Of a stretch of 64,000 bases of DNA, positions 56,803 through 64,000 are shown one piece after another. Where the stretch lies: positions 2,831 to 66,830 of the forward strand of contig SHYM01000001.1 of the NCBI GenBank assembly GCA_009692805.1, in the 5' to 3' direction. Position 1 is the stretch's first letter; each line of letters opens with the position of its first letter. The notes beneath the pieces are model-generated. The model saw nothing but the letters and a program-made list of their open reading frames with translations. It made no database searches and was not told the DNA's origin. A program made the translations under genes and the position numbers. The stretch is from Dehalococcoidia bacterium. GTDB taxonomy: Bacteria > Chloroflexota > Dehalococcoidia > SHYM01.

Positions 56803-58029
56803 ATGAGGGCGGAGGTCGTCTCCGTGGGCACCGAGCTCCTCCTGGGACAGTTGGTTGACACCAACGCCCCGTACCTGGCCGGCAAGCTCCCCGAGCTGGG
56901 GCTGGACCTCTACTTTATCTCCCAGGCCGGGGACAACCAGGCCCGGCTGGCCGAGACCCTGCGGCGCGCCTGGGACCGTTCCGACGTGGTGCTCACCACC
57001 GGCGGCCTGGGGCCCACCGAGGACGACGTTACCCGGGAAGCCATCGCCCAGATGCTGGGCGAGGAGATGAAGGTGGACGGGGAGCTCGCGGCCACGCTGC
57101 GCTCCTTTTTCTCCCGTCGCGGCGGCACCATGCCCGAGCGCAACCTTAAGCAGGCGACCCTGGTCCCCTCCGCTCAAGCTATTCCGAACCCCCGGGGCAC
57201 CGCCCCCGGCTGGTGGGTGGAGCGCGAGGGGAAGGTCTTGGCCGCCATGCCGGGGCCGCCCCATGAGATGCAGTTCATGTGGGAAGAGCAGGTGGCCCCC
57301 CGGCTGGCCCGCCGCTTCCACGACGCCATCATCGTCTCCCGCACCATCAAGACCTGGGGGATCGGCGAGGGCACCGTCGACGAGATGTTGACCCCCCTCT
57401 TGCACTCCCAGAACCCCACCATCGGCGTCTACGCCAAGTCCGATGGCATTCACCTGCGCCTGACGGCGAAGGCCAAGGGCCGCGAGGAGGCCTGGGAGCT
57501 GCTGCGGCCGCTGGAGTCCCAGGTCCGCTCGATCTTGGGGGCCAGCGTCTGGGGGATGGACGAGGACACCCTGGAAAAGCTCGCGGGCAAGCTGCTCCAG
57601 GAGCGCGGCTATACCCTGGCGGTCATGGAGTCCTGCACCGGTGGGCTCCTCGCCAGCACCCTTACCGATGTGCCAGGGAGCTCGGCCTATTTCAAGGGAG
57701 GCGTGATAGCCTACAGCAATGCTCTGAAGGTGGCCCATGGGGTGCCCGCCGAGCTCCTTGACCGCCAGGGGGCTATCTCCGACGAGGCGGCTGTAGCCAT
57801 GGCGGAAGGGGTGCGCCACAGCCTGGGGGCACAGGTGGGCCTGGCGACGACGGGGGTAGCCGGACCCGAACCCCTGGAGGGCAAGCCGGTCGGCCAGGTC
57901 CACCTGGCCGTCGTCACCCCGCAAGGCCAGCAGGTGTCCCGCACCCTTTACCCCGGCCCGCGGGAGCTGGTCAAGCGCCGCTCCGCCACGGCGGCGCTGA
58001 TTCTCCTGCGGCGGGCGCTCCTGGCCTAA
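56803..58029 (+). CDS. cinA: CinA-family protein (MocF-like domain + nicotinamide-nucleotide amidohydrolase PncC domain)
   Basis: MRAEVVSVGTELLLGQLVDTNAPYLAGKL...TTGGLGPTEDD. Confidence 0.85.
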   Translation: MRAEVVSVGTELLLGQLVDTNAPYLAGKLPELGLDLYFISQAGDNQARLAETLRRAWDRSDVVLTTGGLGPTEDDVTREAIAQMLGEEMKVDGELAATLRSFFSRRGGTMPERNLKQATLVPSAQAIPNPRGTAPGWWVEREGKVLAAMPGPPHEMQFMWEEQVAPRLARRFHDAIIVSRTIKTWGIGEGTVDEMLTPLLHSQNPTIGVYAKSDGIHLRLTAKAKGREEAWELLRPLESQVRSILGASVWGMDEDTLEKLAGKLLQERGYTLAVMESCTGGLLASTLTDVPGSSAYFKGGVIAYSNALKVAHGVPAELLDRQGAISDEAAVAMAEGVRHSLGAQVGLATTGVAGPEPLEGKPVGQVHLAVVTPQGQQVSRTLYPGPRELVKRRSATAALILLRRALLA

Positions 58030-58114
58030 TGAAACCAACCCGAGCGCCGCAGACTACCGGCTGATCCTGCCGCCCGGGGGACTCGCGGCCAGGCCGCGCG
58101 CCCGGGCGGCAGGA

Positions 58115-58459
58115 TCAGCCCGGCTTACCAGGTGCGCGCGGTCCCTGGGCGGCGGCCGCTCCGCCTGGCGCACGCTTCTCGGCCTCCACTTGTTGCTTAA
58201 ACTGCTCGATGAATAGCCGCATGTTGTAGCCGCTACGCTTGGAGGCCCGATGGACGGCGGCGAGGGCTAGCTCTGGGGAGACGCTGAAGCGCTGGGCGAC
58301 CTCCGCCAGACCCTCGGCTACCCCTTTCTCCTTCAGCTCTAGCTCGAGGAGGGCGAATTCCTCGCGCAGGTGGCGGATGTAATCGTAGCGGGCCTCCTGG
58401 GGCTTCTGGGACTTCTGCTCGACCACTCTGGCTCCTACTCTGCCGTGATCGCCCGCCAC
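58115..58459 (-). CDS. hypothetical small protein, last gene of the mutM-Nudix-VWA operon
   Basis: ORF begins 18 nt after the VWA gene stop. No motif recognised. Confidence 0.3.
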   Translation of the reverse strand: MAGDHGRVGARVVEQKSQKPQEARYDYIRHLREEFALLELELKEKGVAEGLAEVAQRFSVSPELALAAVHRASKRSGYNMRLFIEQFKQQVEAEKRAPGGAAAAQGPRAPGKPG

Positions 58460-58477
58460 GCCCGCGCCGGCGAGGGC

Positions 58478-61400
58478 CTACTGGGTGAGGCGCCGGTACA
58501 GGAAAGGCAGGCGTTTGGGCAAGCTATCGATGTCGGCAACAATCTCGTAGGCCATGTCCTTGCACATAGTTTTGAGGTAATCATGGCCAGCCTTATCCAC
58601 GGTGAGGCAGAAGGGGACGACGTTCTTGCGCCGGGCCTCCGTGAGCGCCATCTTGGTGTCGTGGATGGCGTACTCCTTCTCCATGCCATCGCGGCTATAG
58701 CCGTGGTCCTGAGGCCGGCCGTCGCTGATGAGGAAGAGGATCTTGGTCTTGGCGTCCTGGGCCGCCAGCTTAGCGGTGGCGTGGCGGATGGCGGGCCCCA
58801 TGCGGGTAGCGTGCATCGGTACGACCTTGTCGATGCGCCTCTTGACCCTATCGTTGAAGCCCTCGTTGATGTCCTTGATGACAAAGAACTCCACGTTCTC
58901 GCGGCCGTAGCCCGAGAAGCCGTAGATGCCGTAGGTGTCGCCCGTGGTTTCCAGGGCGCGGACCAGCAGGACCATGGACTCCTTCTCGATGTCTATGATC
59001 CGTTTGTACTGGCGCCGTGACTCTTCGGCCCGGCGCGCCTTAAGCCACTCCAGGTACTGACGCGGGTCGTCGGGGAAGTCCCAGTCCTGGGACTCTTTGC
59101 GCCGCTCCTCTACCGCCTCTGCCGTGGAGGCGCTCATGTCCAGCAGGAAGACCACGGCTACATCACGCTCCACCTTGTTGCGGCGCCAGTAGACCTTCTC
59201 GCTAGGGCTCTGGCCGACGCGGCGCATGATGATGGAGTCGATGACGGCGTCCAGGTCGAACTCCTCCCCGTCGGGCAGCCGCTTGATCTTGCGGAAGACC
59301 TCGGGGCTAATCAGCTCGAACTGACGCCGGACCTGGGCGGCCAGGATGGCGTGGCTTTCGAGGGTGCGGTCGTAGAATTCCACGCTCCCCTCCTCCACCA
59401 CCTTCTCGCGCACGGCACACCAGCGCGGCCGGTAGTCACCCGCGCGGAAGTCCCACTCATCGTAGAGGAAGGTCTGGGGATCGTGGATATCCAGGGGCTG
59501 GCCGTCGTCCTCCTCCTGGGAGCGCTTGCGCCGGGGTTGATGGGGAAGGGGAAAGAGGGGCTTCTGCTGGGCCATCTCGTCCATGATGTTGGAGACGAAC
59601 AGGCCGGCCGAGCGCTCCACCTCCCCCTCGGACATCTGCGAAATCTCGATCTCGGCGCTCTTCTCGGCCAGGGCCTGCAGGGCCTCCGGTGTTAGCCCCT
59701 GCATCTGCTCCTGGCCCTCCTGCTGGGCTCCTTCCCGCAGGCGGGCCAACAGCTGGACCAGCTCCGGCTTGAAGTCGCCCCGGAACTCTACCTGCTCAGG
59801 GCTCTCGTAGGGCTGCTGCTCCTGGGTGGAGCCGACCTGTTGGCTGGCAGACTCACCTAGCTGGCTCATGGCCTCCATGGAAAGGTCCATCTGCTCGCCC
59901 TGCTTATCCGGCTGGTCGAGGTCCATCTCCTCCCATTCATCGGGCGCCGCCGGGACGTTGGGGACCTGGGCCGCCAGGGCGTACAGGAGGATCGTCGCCT
60001 CGGTGCTGTCCTCGACCCGCCCCGTCTCCCCCTGGAGGTCGCGCAGGACCCTGCGCGCGGCGAGGACCAGCGTCCTGATGGCCTTGGGGACCAGCAGCCG
60101 CGCCCCGGCATGGAGGCTGGCCCGCACCAGGATCTCCACGAAGGCCTCCCGCAGCGGCTTCTCTTCAATGGCGGGCCGCTGCTCGATTTCGTCCCGCTGG
60201 ACCCGCTGGTAGGGGCGCCGGATACCCCCGTACTCGCGCTTGACCAGGGCGTCGATGCGGGTGTCTTCAGCGATGGTGAAGAGGTCCAGCGCGAGGCGCC
60301 GGTCTTCGAATAGGTCAAAGAATCGTTCCAGCGGGGTCAGGGGTTGGCGTTGGGCCTGTCCGGCGGCCTCGGCCAGCGCCGGCCGGAGGTTTTCGAACAG
60401 GCTGGCGGGGCGGTCGAAGGCGAAGTCGAAGGAGCCGAACTCCAGGTGGGCGGCCTGGTGGGTGGACATCACCTTGTACCAGCCGAAGTTTTCGGCCTTG
60501 GTGGAGTAGCGCTCCACCGCCGGGGGCAAGAAGACGGCGGTCCCCTCGGTGGAAGGGCGCTCCTGGGACACCCAGCCGATGCCCTTGTCGGTTAGGCTCT
60601 GGGTGGGCAAGAGCTGGACGTTTTTCCCCGTCAGGCCCTTGCAGTAGAGCCGCAGGACCTCCTTCACCCTGTCCAGCTCCACGGTGCTGGACAGGGTCTC
60701 CAACACCTGCTCCCCCCGGCTGGACTCCAGGCGGAAATAGGCCTCGCCGCCCTCTGGGTTCTCCGCCAGGATGCGCACGCCCTCCCGGTACCATGCCTCC
60801 AGGTCCTTGGCGCTCACCTTCTCCAGGACCTTGGGGGTGCTCTTGATGAACTCCAGGGCCGAGGGCGGCGACTGCTCCAGCAGATCGGCGTAGAGCTCAA
60901 GTATCCGGCCGTGGAGGGGGCTGTCCACCTCACCCAGCACCCGGGAGCCGTCCACGATGAAGGAGAGGGCCTGCCGGGCTGATAGCTCGGCGGTGTGCCG
61001 CCCGAGGCTGAAGAAGCGACCCCGCTGCCCCTTGTCCACCCTGGATACCACCCTGGGCCCGACCTCAAAGTAGGGCTTGGCATCCACCCAGTTGGCCTCG
61101 ACGATCATCAGGGCCAGGGAGAGGAATGCCGCCCGGTCTTCGCTTTCGATGGCGGGGAACACCTCCTCCGCCAGCGTCAGGCACTCCGTGGCGATATCGT
61201 AGGAACGGAAGGAGAGCTCCTCCAAGAAGGTGACGAAGCGCGCGGCCTCCTCCAGGGACAGGTCCTTGAACAGCCGCGGGCTCGCCTCGAAGAAGCGGCA
61301 GGCCAGGCTACCCGAGCGCCAGGTGCCCTTATAGAGCCGTCGGCCCAAGCTGACCCACTCGTCGAGCTGCATGGGGTTGATCTGGCCCAGGGTGCCCGGG

Positions 61401-61735
61401 CTGGCCCGGAAATAGGCGGCGGACACGGCGGAGGAGTCCTGGGCGATCTGTTTGCCCAAGCGCGCCCAGCGCAGCAGGTCCCGGAGCTCCAGCTGCTCCA
61501 CCAGGGGGAGGCTTGCCCGGTAGTACTCGGCGGCGGCCTCCCAGGAGCGAAAGGAATGGCCCGCCAGGGCCGCGCCCTCGCTAGCCCAGCTCCTGAAGTC
61601 CAGGGGCGACAGCCGCGCCCGGACCTGGGTGGAGACCCGCCCGAACTCGGTGGCCACGGCCGCGGGGAAGCGCTTTAGCTCGCTGTCCAGCTGCGTCAGG
61701 TACAGGTCCAGGTCGCGGTTGGCGGGCGTGGGCAT
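58478..61735 (-). CDS. large VWA-domain protein, NorD/CbbO-like (1085 aa)
   Basis: FLYDEWDFRAGDYRPRWC motif precedes the C-terminal VWA MIDAS (VVFLLDMSAST...LFLISDGRPQD). Start overlaps the Nudix stop by 1 nt. Confidence 0.7.
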   Translation of the reverse strand: MPTPANRDLDLYLTQLDSELKRFPAAVATEFGRVSTQVRARLSPLDFRSWASEGAALAGHSFRSWEAAAEYYRASLPLVEQLELRDLLRWARLGKQIAQDSSAVSAAYFRASPGTLGQINPMQLDEWVSLGRRLYKGTWRSGSLACRFFEASPRLFKDLSLEEAARFVTFLEELSFRSYDIATECLTLAEEVFPAIESEDRAAFLSLALMIVEANWVDAKPYFEVGPRVVSRVDKGQRGRFFSLGRHTAELSARQALSFIVDGSRVLGEVDSPLHGRILELYADLLEQSPPSALEFIKSTPKVLEKVSAKDLEAWYREGVRILAENPEGGEAYFRLESSRGEQVLETLSSTVELDRVKEVLRLYCKGLTGKNVQLLPTQSLTDKGIGWVSQERPSTEGTAVFLPPAVERYSTKAENFGWYKVMSTHQAAHLEFGSFDFAFDRPASLFENLRPALAEAAGQAQRQPLTPLERFFDLFEDRRLALDLFTIAEDTRIDALVKREYGGIRRPYQRVQRDEIEQRPAIEEKPLREAFVEILVRASLHAGARLLVPKAIRTLVLAARRVLRDLQGETGRVEDSTEATILLYALAAQVPNVPAAPDEWEEMDLDQPDKQGEQMDLSMEAMSQLGESASQQVGSTQEQQPYESPEQVEFRGDFKPELVQLLARLREGAQQEGQEQMQGLTPEALQALAEKSAEIEISQMSEGEVERSAGLFVSNIMDEMAQQKPLFPLPHQPRRKRSQEEDDGQPLDIHDPQTFLYDEWDFRAGDYRPRWCAVREKVVEEGSVEFYDRTLESHAILAAQVRRQFELISPEVFRKIKRLPDGEEFDLDAVIDSIIMRRVGQSPSEKVYWRRNKVERDVAVVFLLDMSASTAEAVEERRKESQDWDFPDDPRQYLEWLKARRAEESRRQYKRIIDIEKESMVLLVRALETTGDTYGIYGFSGYGRENVEFFVIKDINEGFNDRVKRRIDKVVPMHATRMGPAIRHATAKLAAQDAKTKILFLISDGRPQDHGYSRDGMEKEYAIHDTKMALTEARRKNVVPFCLTVDKAGHDYLKTMCKDMAYEIVADIDSLPKRLPFLYRRLTQ

Positions 61736-62301
61736 CAGCCGTACACCAGGTCCAGGAACTGCTTGGGGATCCGCGCGGTGGCGCCCCAGATCACGTTTCC
61801 GCCGTAGAGATACGAGGGCGTGGCATAGCTGCCAGCGCGCGCCGGCAAGTCCACCCGCACGTTCGCGGGGTCTCGCAGGATCGCCACCGGCACCTCCGGC
61901 ACCTCCAGCACCTCCGCGATCTCGATCGCGCTGGGCTGAAAGCTATAGGAGTGCGAGATGGTGCCCACAAAGGGCGCGGTGATAAAGCGCGAGGAGAGGG
62001 TGCTGATGTCGTCCAACTCGCCCAGCACTTCTACATCAGGCGTCCTCACCCCCAACTCCTCCGCGGTCTCTCGTAGGGCGGTGGCGAGGATGCTGTCATC
62101 CTCAGGGTCCCTGGCCCCGCCGGGGAAGGAGATCTCTCCTTTGTGGTGCTCCACCCGGCTGGTGCGCTTGGTGAACAGGATGTGGTCTGCGCCCGCCTTC
62201 TGGTAGTGGAGGAGCAGCACCCCAGCGTGGGCGTAGCCGTCCCGGCTGGGTAAGGACACCTTTTGCCGCGACCCTAGGGCCGCCCGTATCTTGTCTTTCA
62301 T
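61735..62301 (-). CDS. NUDIX hydrolase (CoA pyrophosphatase-like)
   Basis: Nudix box GGARDPEDDSILATALRETAEELGV. Start placed at MKDKIRAAL. The track ORF's extension reads through the upstream gap. Confidence 0.75.
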   Translation of the reverse strand: MKDKIRAALGSRQKVSLPSRDGYAHAGVLLLHYQKAGADHILFTKRTSRVEHHKGEISFPGGARDPEDDSILATALRETAEELGVRTPDVEVLGELDDISTLSSRFITAPFVGTISHSYSFQPSAIEIAEVLEVPEVPVAILRDPANVRVDLPARAGSYATPSYLYGGNVIWGATARIPKQFLDLVYG

Positions 62302-62363
62302 CGCCACCCCCGCCGACGGTGGATGCCTAATTATACACCTGCCAAAGCAGGGCTGGGCCAGAC

Positions 62364-63245
62364 TTAAGAGGCCGTCTGCGCTGCGCTCGCCTCGCCCCCA
62401 GCGCGCCCTGAGCGCAGGCCTAGGTGGTGTTGTGGCACCTCGGGCTGGCACTGGCGGCAGAAGCTGGTGACCCGCTCGCGCACGGCGATCTCAGAGATGG
62501 TATGGCTGCAGCGCGGGCAGGGTTCGCCTCCCTTGCGGTGCACGCGCAAGAAGTCCCGGATTTTTCTATCGATGTCGCAGCGCATCTCCTCGCCCACGAT
62601 CCCGATGGCCCAGCGCAGCACGCTCCCGATGGCGCTGTGAAGCCGCTCCACCTCCTCCACGCTAAGGGAGGCGGCGTTCTTGTGGGGGTGGACCCGGGCC
62701 TCCCAGAGGATCTCGTCGGCGTAGGCGTTGCCGATGCCGGCGATGAACTCCGCGTCGGTGAGGATGGGCTTAACCATCCCCCGCCGCTTCCGCAGCCGCT
62801 CCTGGAACTCCAGCAGTGACATCTCCAGGGCGTCGGGCCCCATCTTGGAGAAGTTGGGGATGAGGTCTAGCCGATCGGCGGGCACCAGGTACACCTTGCC
62901 CATGCTCTTTTGGTCGTAGTAAAGGAGGTCGTGCCCATCGGCCAGGTGAAGGATGAAGTTGGTGCGCTTGTGCACCTTCTTGGGCTGCCCTTCCCGGTAC
63001 TGCAGACGACCGGTGAGCATGGAGTTGATGGCGAGGAGATGGCCGCTGCGCAGGCTGAACAGTAGGAACTTGCCTCGCCGGGCGATCGACTGCACGGCGT
63101 CGCCCTCCAGGGTGCGGACGAACTCCAGGGCCGTCGGGTAACGGATGACCCAACCCCGCGGCGTCTCCGCCCCCTGGACCGCCACTCCCAGGATGTGCTG
63201 TTCCAGGAAGCTTTTGACGTTCTCCAGGTCCGGGATCTCGGGCAC
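62364..63245 (-). CDS. mutM: formamidopyrimidine-DNA glycosylase (Fpg/Nei family)
   Basis: N-terminal MPEIPDLE (catalytic Pro2/Glu3), an H2TH region and a C-terminal CPRC...CRQC zinc finger. Confidence 0.85.
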   Translation of the reverse strand: MPEIPDLENVKSFLEQHILGVAVQGAETPRGWVIRYPTALEFVRTLEGDAVQSIARRGKFLLFSLRSGHLLAINSMLTGRLQYREGQPKKVHKRTNFILHLADGHDLLYYDQKSMGKVYLVPADRLDLIPNFSKMGPDALEMSLLEFQERLRKRRGMVKPILTDAEFIAGIGNAYADEILWEARVHPHKNAASLSVEEVERLHSAIGSVLRWAIGIVGEEMRCDIDRKIRDFLRVHRKGGEPCPRCSHTISEIAVRERVTSFCRQCQPEVPQHHLGLRSGRAGGEASAAQTAS

Positions 63246-63346
63246 GAGTCACCTCACCTCGGCAGGTATCGGCTTGTCCGTGGCCCATAATAGCAGGAAC
63301 GGGCGTCACCTTAGGACTGGGACGGCGCTCCAAACATGGCCCCAGC

Positions 63347-63412
63347 GGGCCGTGCCAGCGCGCTGGCACGGCCCTGGTTCGCTTGACGCTGTTTCCTGGG
63401 GGACGGTATACT
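63347..63412 (+). promoter_or_regulatory. 28-bp perfect GC-rich palindrome (GGGCCGTGCCAGCGCGCTGGCACGGCCC) followed by sigma70-like promoter TTGACG-18 nt-TATACT for the tRNA cluster
   Basis: Palindrome 63347-63374. Hexamers at 63383-88 and 63407-12. tRNA-Trp begins ~20 nt downstream. Confidence 0.45.
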
Positions 63413-63431
63413 ACCGCGTGCTAACCGCACA

Positions 63432-63507
63432 GGAGCGTAGCTCAGTTGGTAGAGCAGCGGTCTCCAAAACCGCCGGTCCGGGGTTCGAATCCTCGCGCTC
63501 CTGCCAG
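63432..63507 (+). tRNA. tRNA-Trp (CCA)
   Basis: AGGAGCG acceptor, anticodon loop CTCCAAA, GGTTCGAATCC, genomic CCA. Confidence 0.85.
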
Positions 63508-63526
63508 GCGCTATAGCAGTTGGCCT

Positions 63527-63614
63527 GCCGAGGTGGTGGAACTAGGTAGACACGCTGTCTTGAGGGGGCAGTGGGGGTAACCCCATAGGAGTTCAAATCT
63601 CCTCCTCGGCACCA
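63527..63614 (+). tRNA. tRNA-Leu (GAG)
   Basis: GCCGAGG acceptor, anticodon loop TTGAGGG, long variable arm, GTTCAAATC T-loop, discriminator A then CCA. Confidence 0.8.
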
Positions 63615-63731
63615 GCAGCGATGTTACAATTCAAGGGGTCATGGTGGGAGCTGCCCGGGAATTGGGCAGCGGCCTGAGTACAACCTATCACTTGCTTTAC
63701 TCCAGGGTCGAAAGACCCTCTGGGATACGGG

Positions 63732-63806
63732 GCGGAAGTGGCTCAGCGGTAGAGCATCTCCTTGCCAAGGAGAGGGTCGCGGGTTCAAATCCCGTCTTCC
63801 GCTCCA
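63732..63806 (+). tRNA. tRNA-Gly (GCC)
   Basis: GCGGAAG acceptor, anticodon loop CTTGCCAA, GGTTCAAATCC, CCA. Confidence 0.85.
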
Positions 63807-63813
63807 ATTTCAT

Positions 63814-63889
63814 GGCGACGTAGCCAAGCGGTTAAGGCGGGGGTCTGCAAAACCCCTATGCAGCGGTTCGAATCCGCTCGTCGCCTCCA
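63814..63889 (+). tRNA. tRNA-Cys (GCA)
   Basis: GGCGACG acceptor, anticodon loop TCTGCAAAA, GGTTCGAATCC, CCA. Confidence 0.85.
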
Positions 63890-63932
63890 CGCTAACAATG
63901 GCCCAGGAGGAGGCGCCTGGGCGTTTGTTGTC

Positions 63933-64000
63933 TTCCCCCTCCCTGCCCAGGTGGCGGAACAGGCAGACGCGGCGGACTTAAAATCCGCTGGGCTACGGCC
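63933..64000 (+). tRNA. tRNA-Leu (TAA), 3'-truncated by window end
   Basis: GCCCAGGTGGCGGAAC..., anticodon loop CTTAAAA, beginning of a long variable arm. Confidence 0.7.

Noticed and set aside
56677-58038. 453-aa minus-strand ORF opposite cinA
   Set aside because: It is antisense to the CinA gene and low-complexity.
1-64000. Search for CRISPR arrays, rRNA genes, integrase/transposase genes or prophage blocks
   Set aside because: No regularly spaced direct repeats with unique spacers were seen. There is no rRNA-like sequence. No recombinase/transposase motifs occur in any plausible ORF. The only repeats are the MITE-like family and the short in-frame tandem repeats.

Overview
A ~64 kb chromosomal segment from a high-GC (roughly 68-70%) bacterium; the phylum cannot be fixed from sequence alone, but the MshA-like glycosyltransferase, the classical men pathway and TANNNT boxes abutting start codons fit an Actinobacteria/Chloroflexi-like organism. 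Coding is dense on both strands and mostly housekeeping. From the left: a 5'-partial crotonase; a hotdog-fold dehydratase pair; two family-III CoA transferases; an orphan peptide-type solute-binding lipoprotein; a pair of ABC exporter half-transporters; a minus-strand copper homeostasis operon (csoR-copA-YHS/SHOCT proteins-tRNA-Asp); a pantothenate cluster (DUF2520/PanG-like reductase-panD-panB-panC); a MazEF-type toxin-antitoxin pair; surE, an OsmC protein, an acyl-CoA dehydrogenase, a MetE-like enzyme, lepB and tRNA-Lys; a menaquinone cluster (TetR-menF-menD-menH with convergent menC); a ChlI-like AAA+ ATPase with a VWA partner; mfd; prfB with its +1 frameshift site; nfi; and an MFS transporter. 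An eight-gene minus-strand run follows (O-methyltransferase, beta-helix protein, thrC, folE, FemAB/CelD-like GNAT, MshA-like GT4, two LmbE-type deacetylases). Then cinA, an operon mutM-Nudix-giant NorD/CbbO-like VWA protein-small ORF, and a tRNA cluster (Trp, Leu-GAG, Gly, Cys, Leu-TAA partial). Features the ORF track does not explain: (i) a MITE-like, hairpin-rich intergenic repeat family with at least six copies in two hairpin subtypes, one copy carrying clear terminal inverted repeats and one supplying the start codon of a deacetylase gene; (ii) a translationally coupled folE-GNAT-GT4-deacetylase operon that looks like a pathway for a glucosamine-containing small molecule (a low-molecular-weight thiol or a pterin glycoside); (iii) the prfB programmed +1 frameshift; (iv) an AT-rich 19-bp-arm perfect palindrome overlapping a sigma70-like promoter, followed by a hairpin island built on a recurring ATGAGCGG motif; (v) several perfect tandem repeats inside genes. 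No CRISPR array, rRNA or integrase/transposase gene was seen. Coordinates taken from the ORF track are exact; hand-derived ones (tRNAs, motifs) may be off by 1-2 nt.
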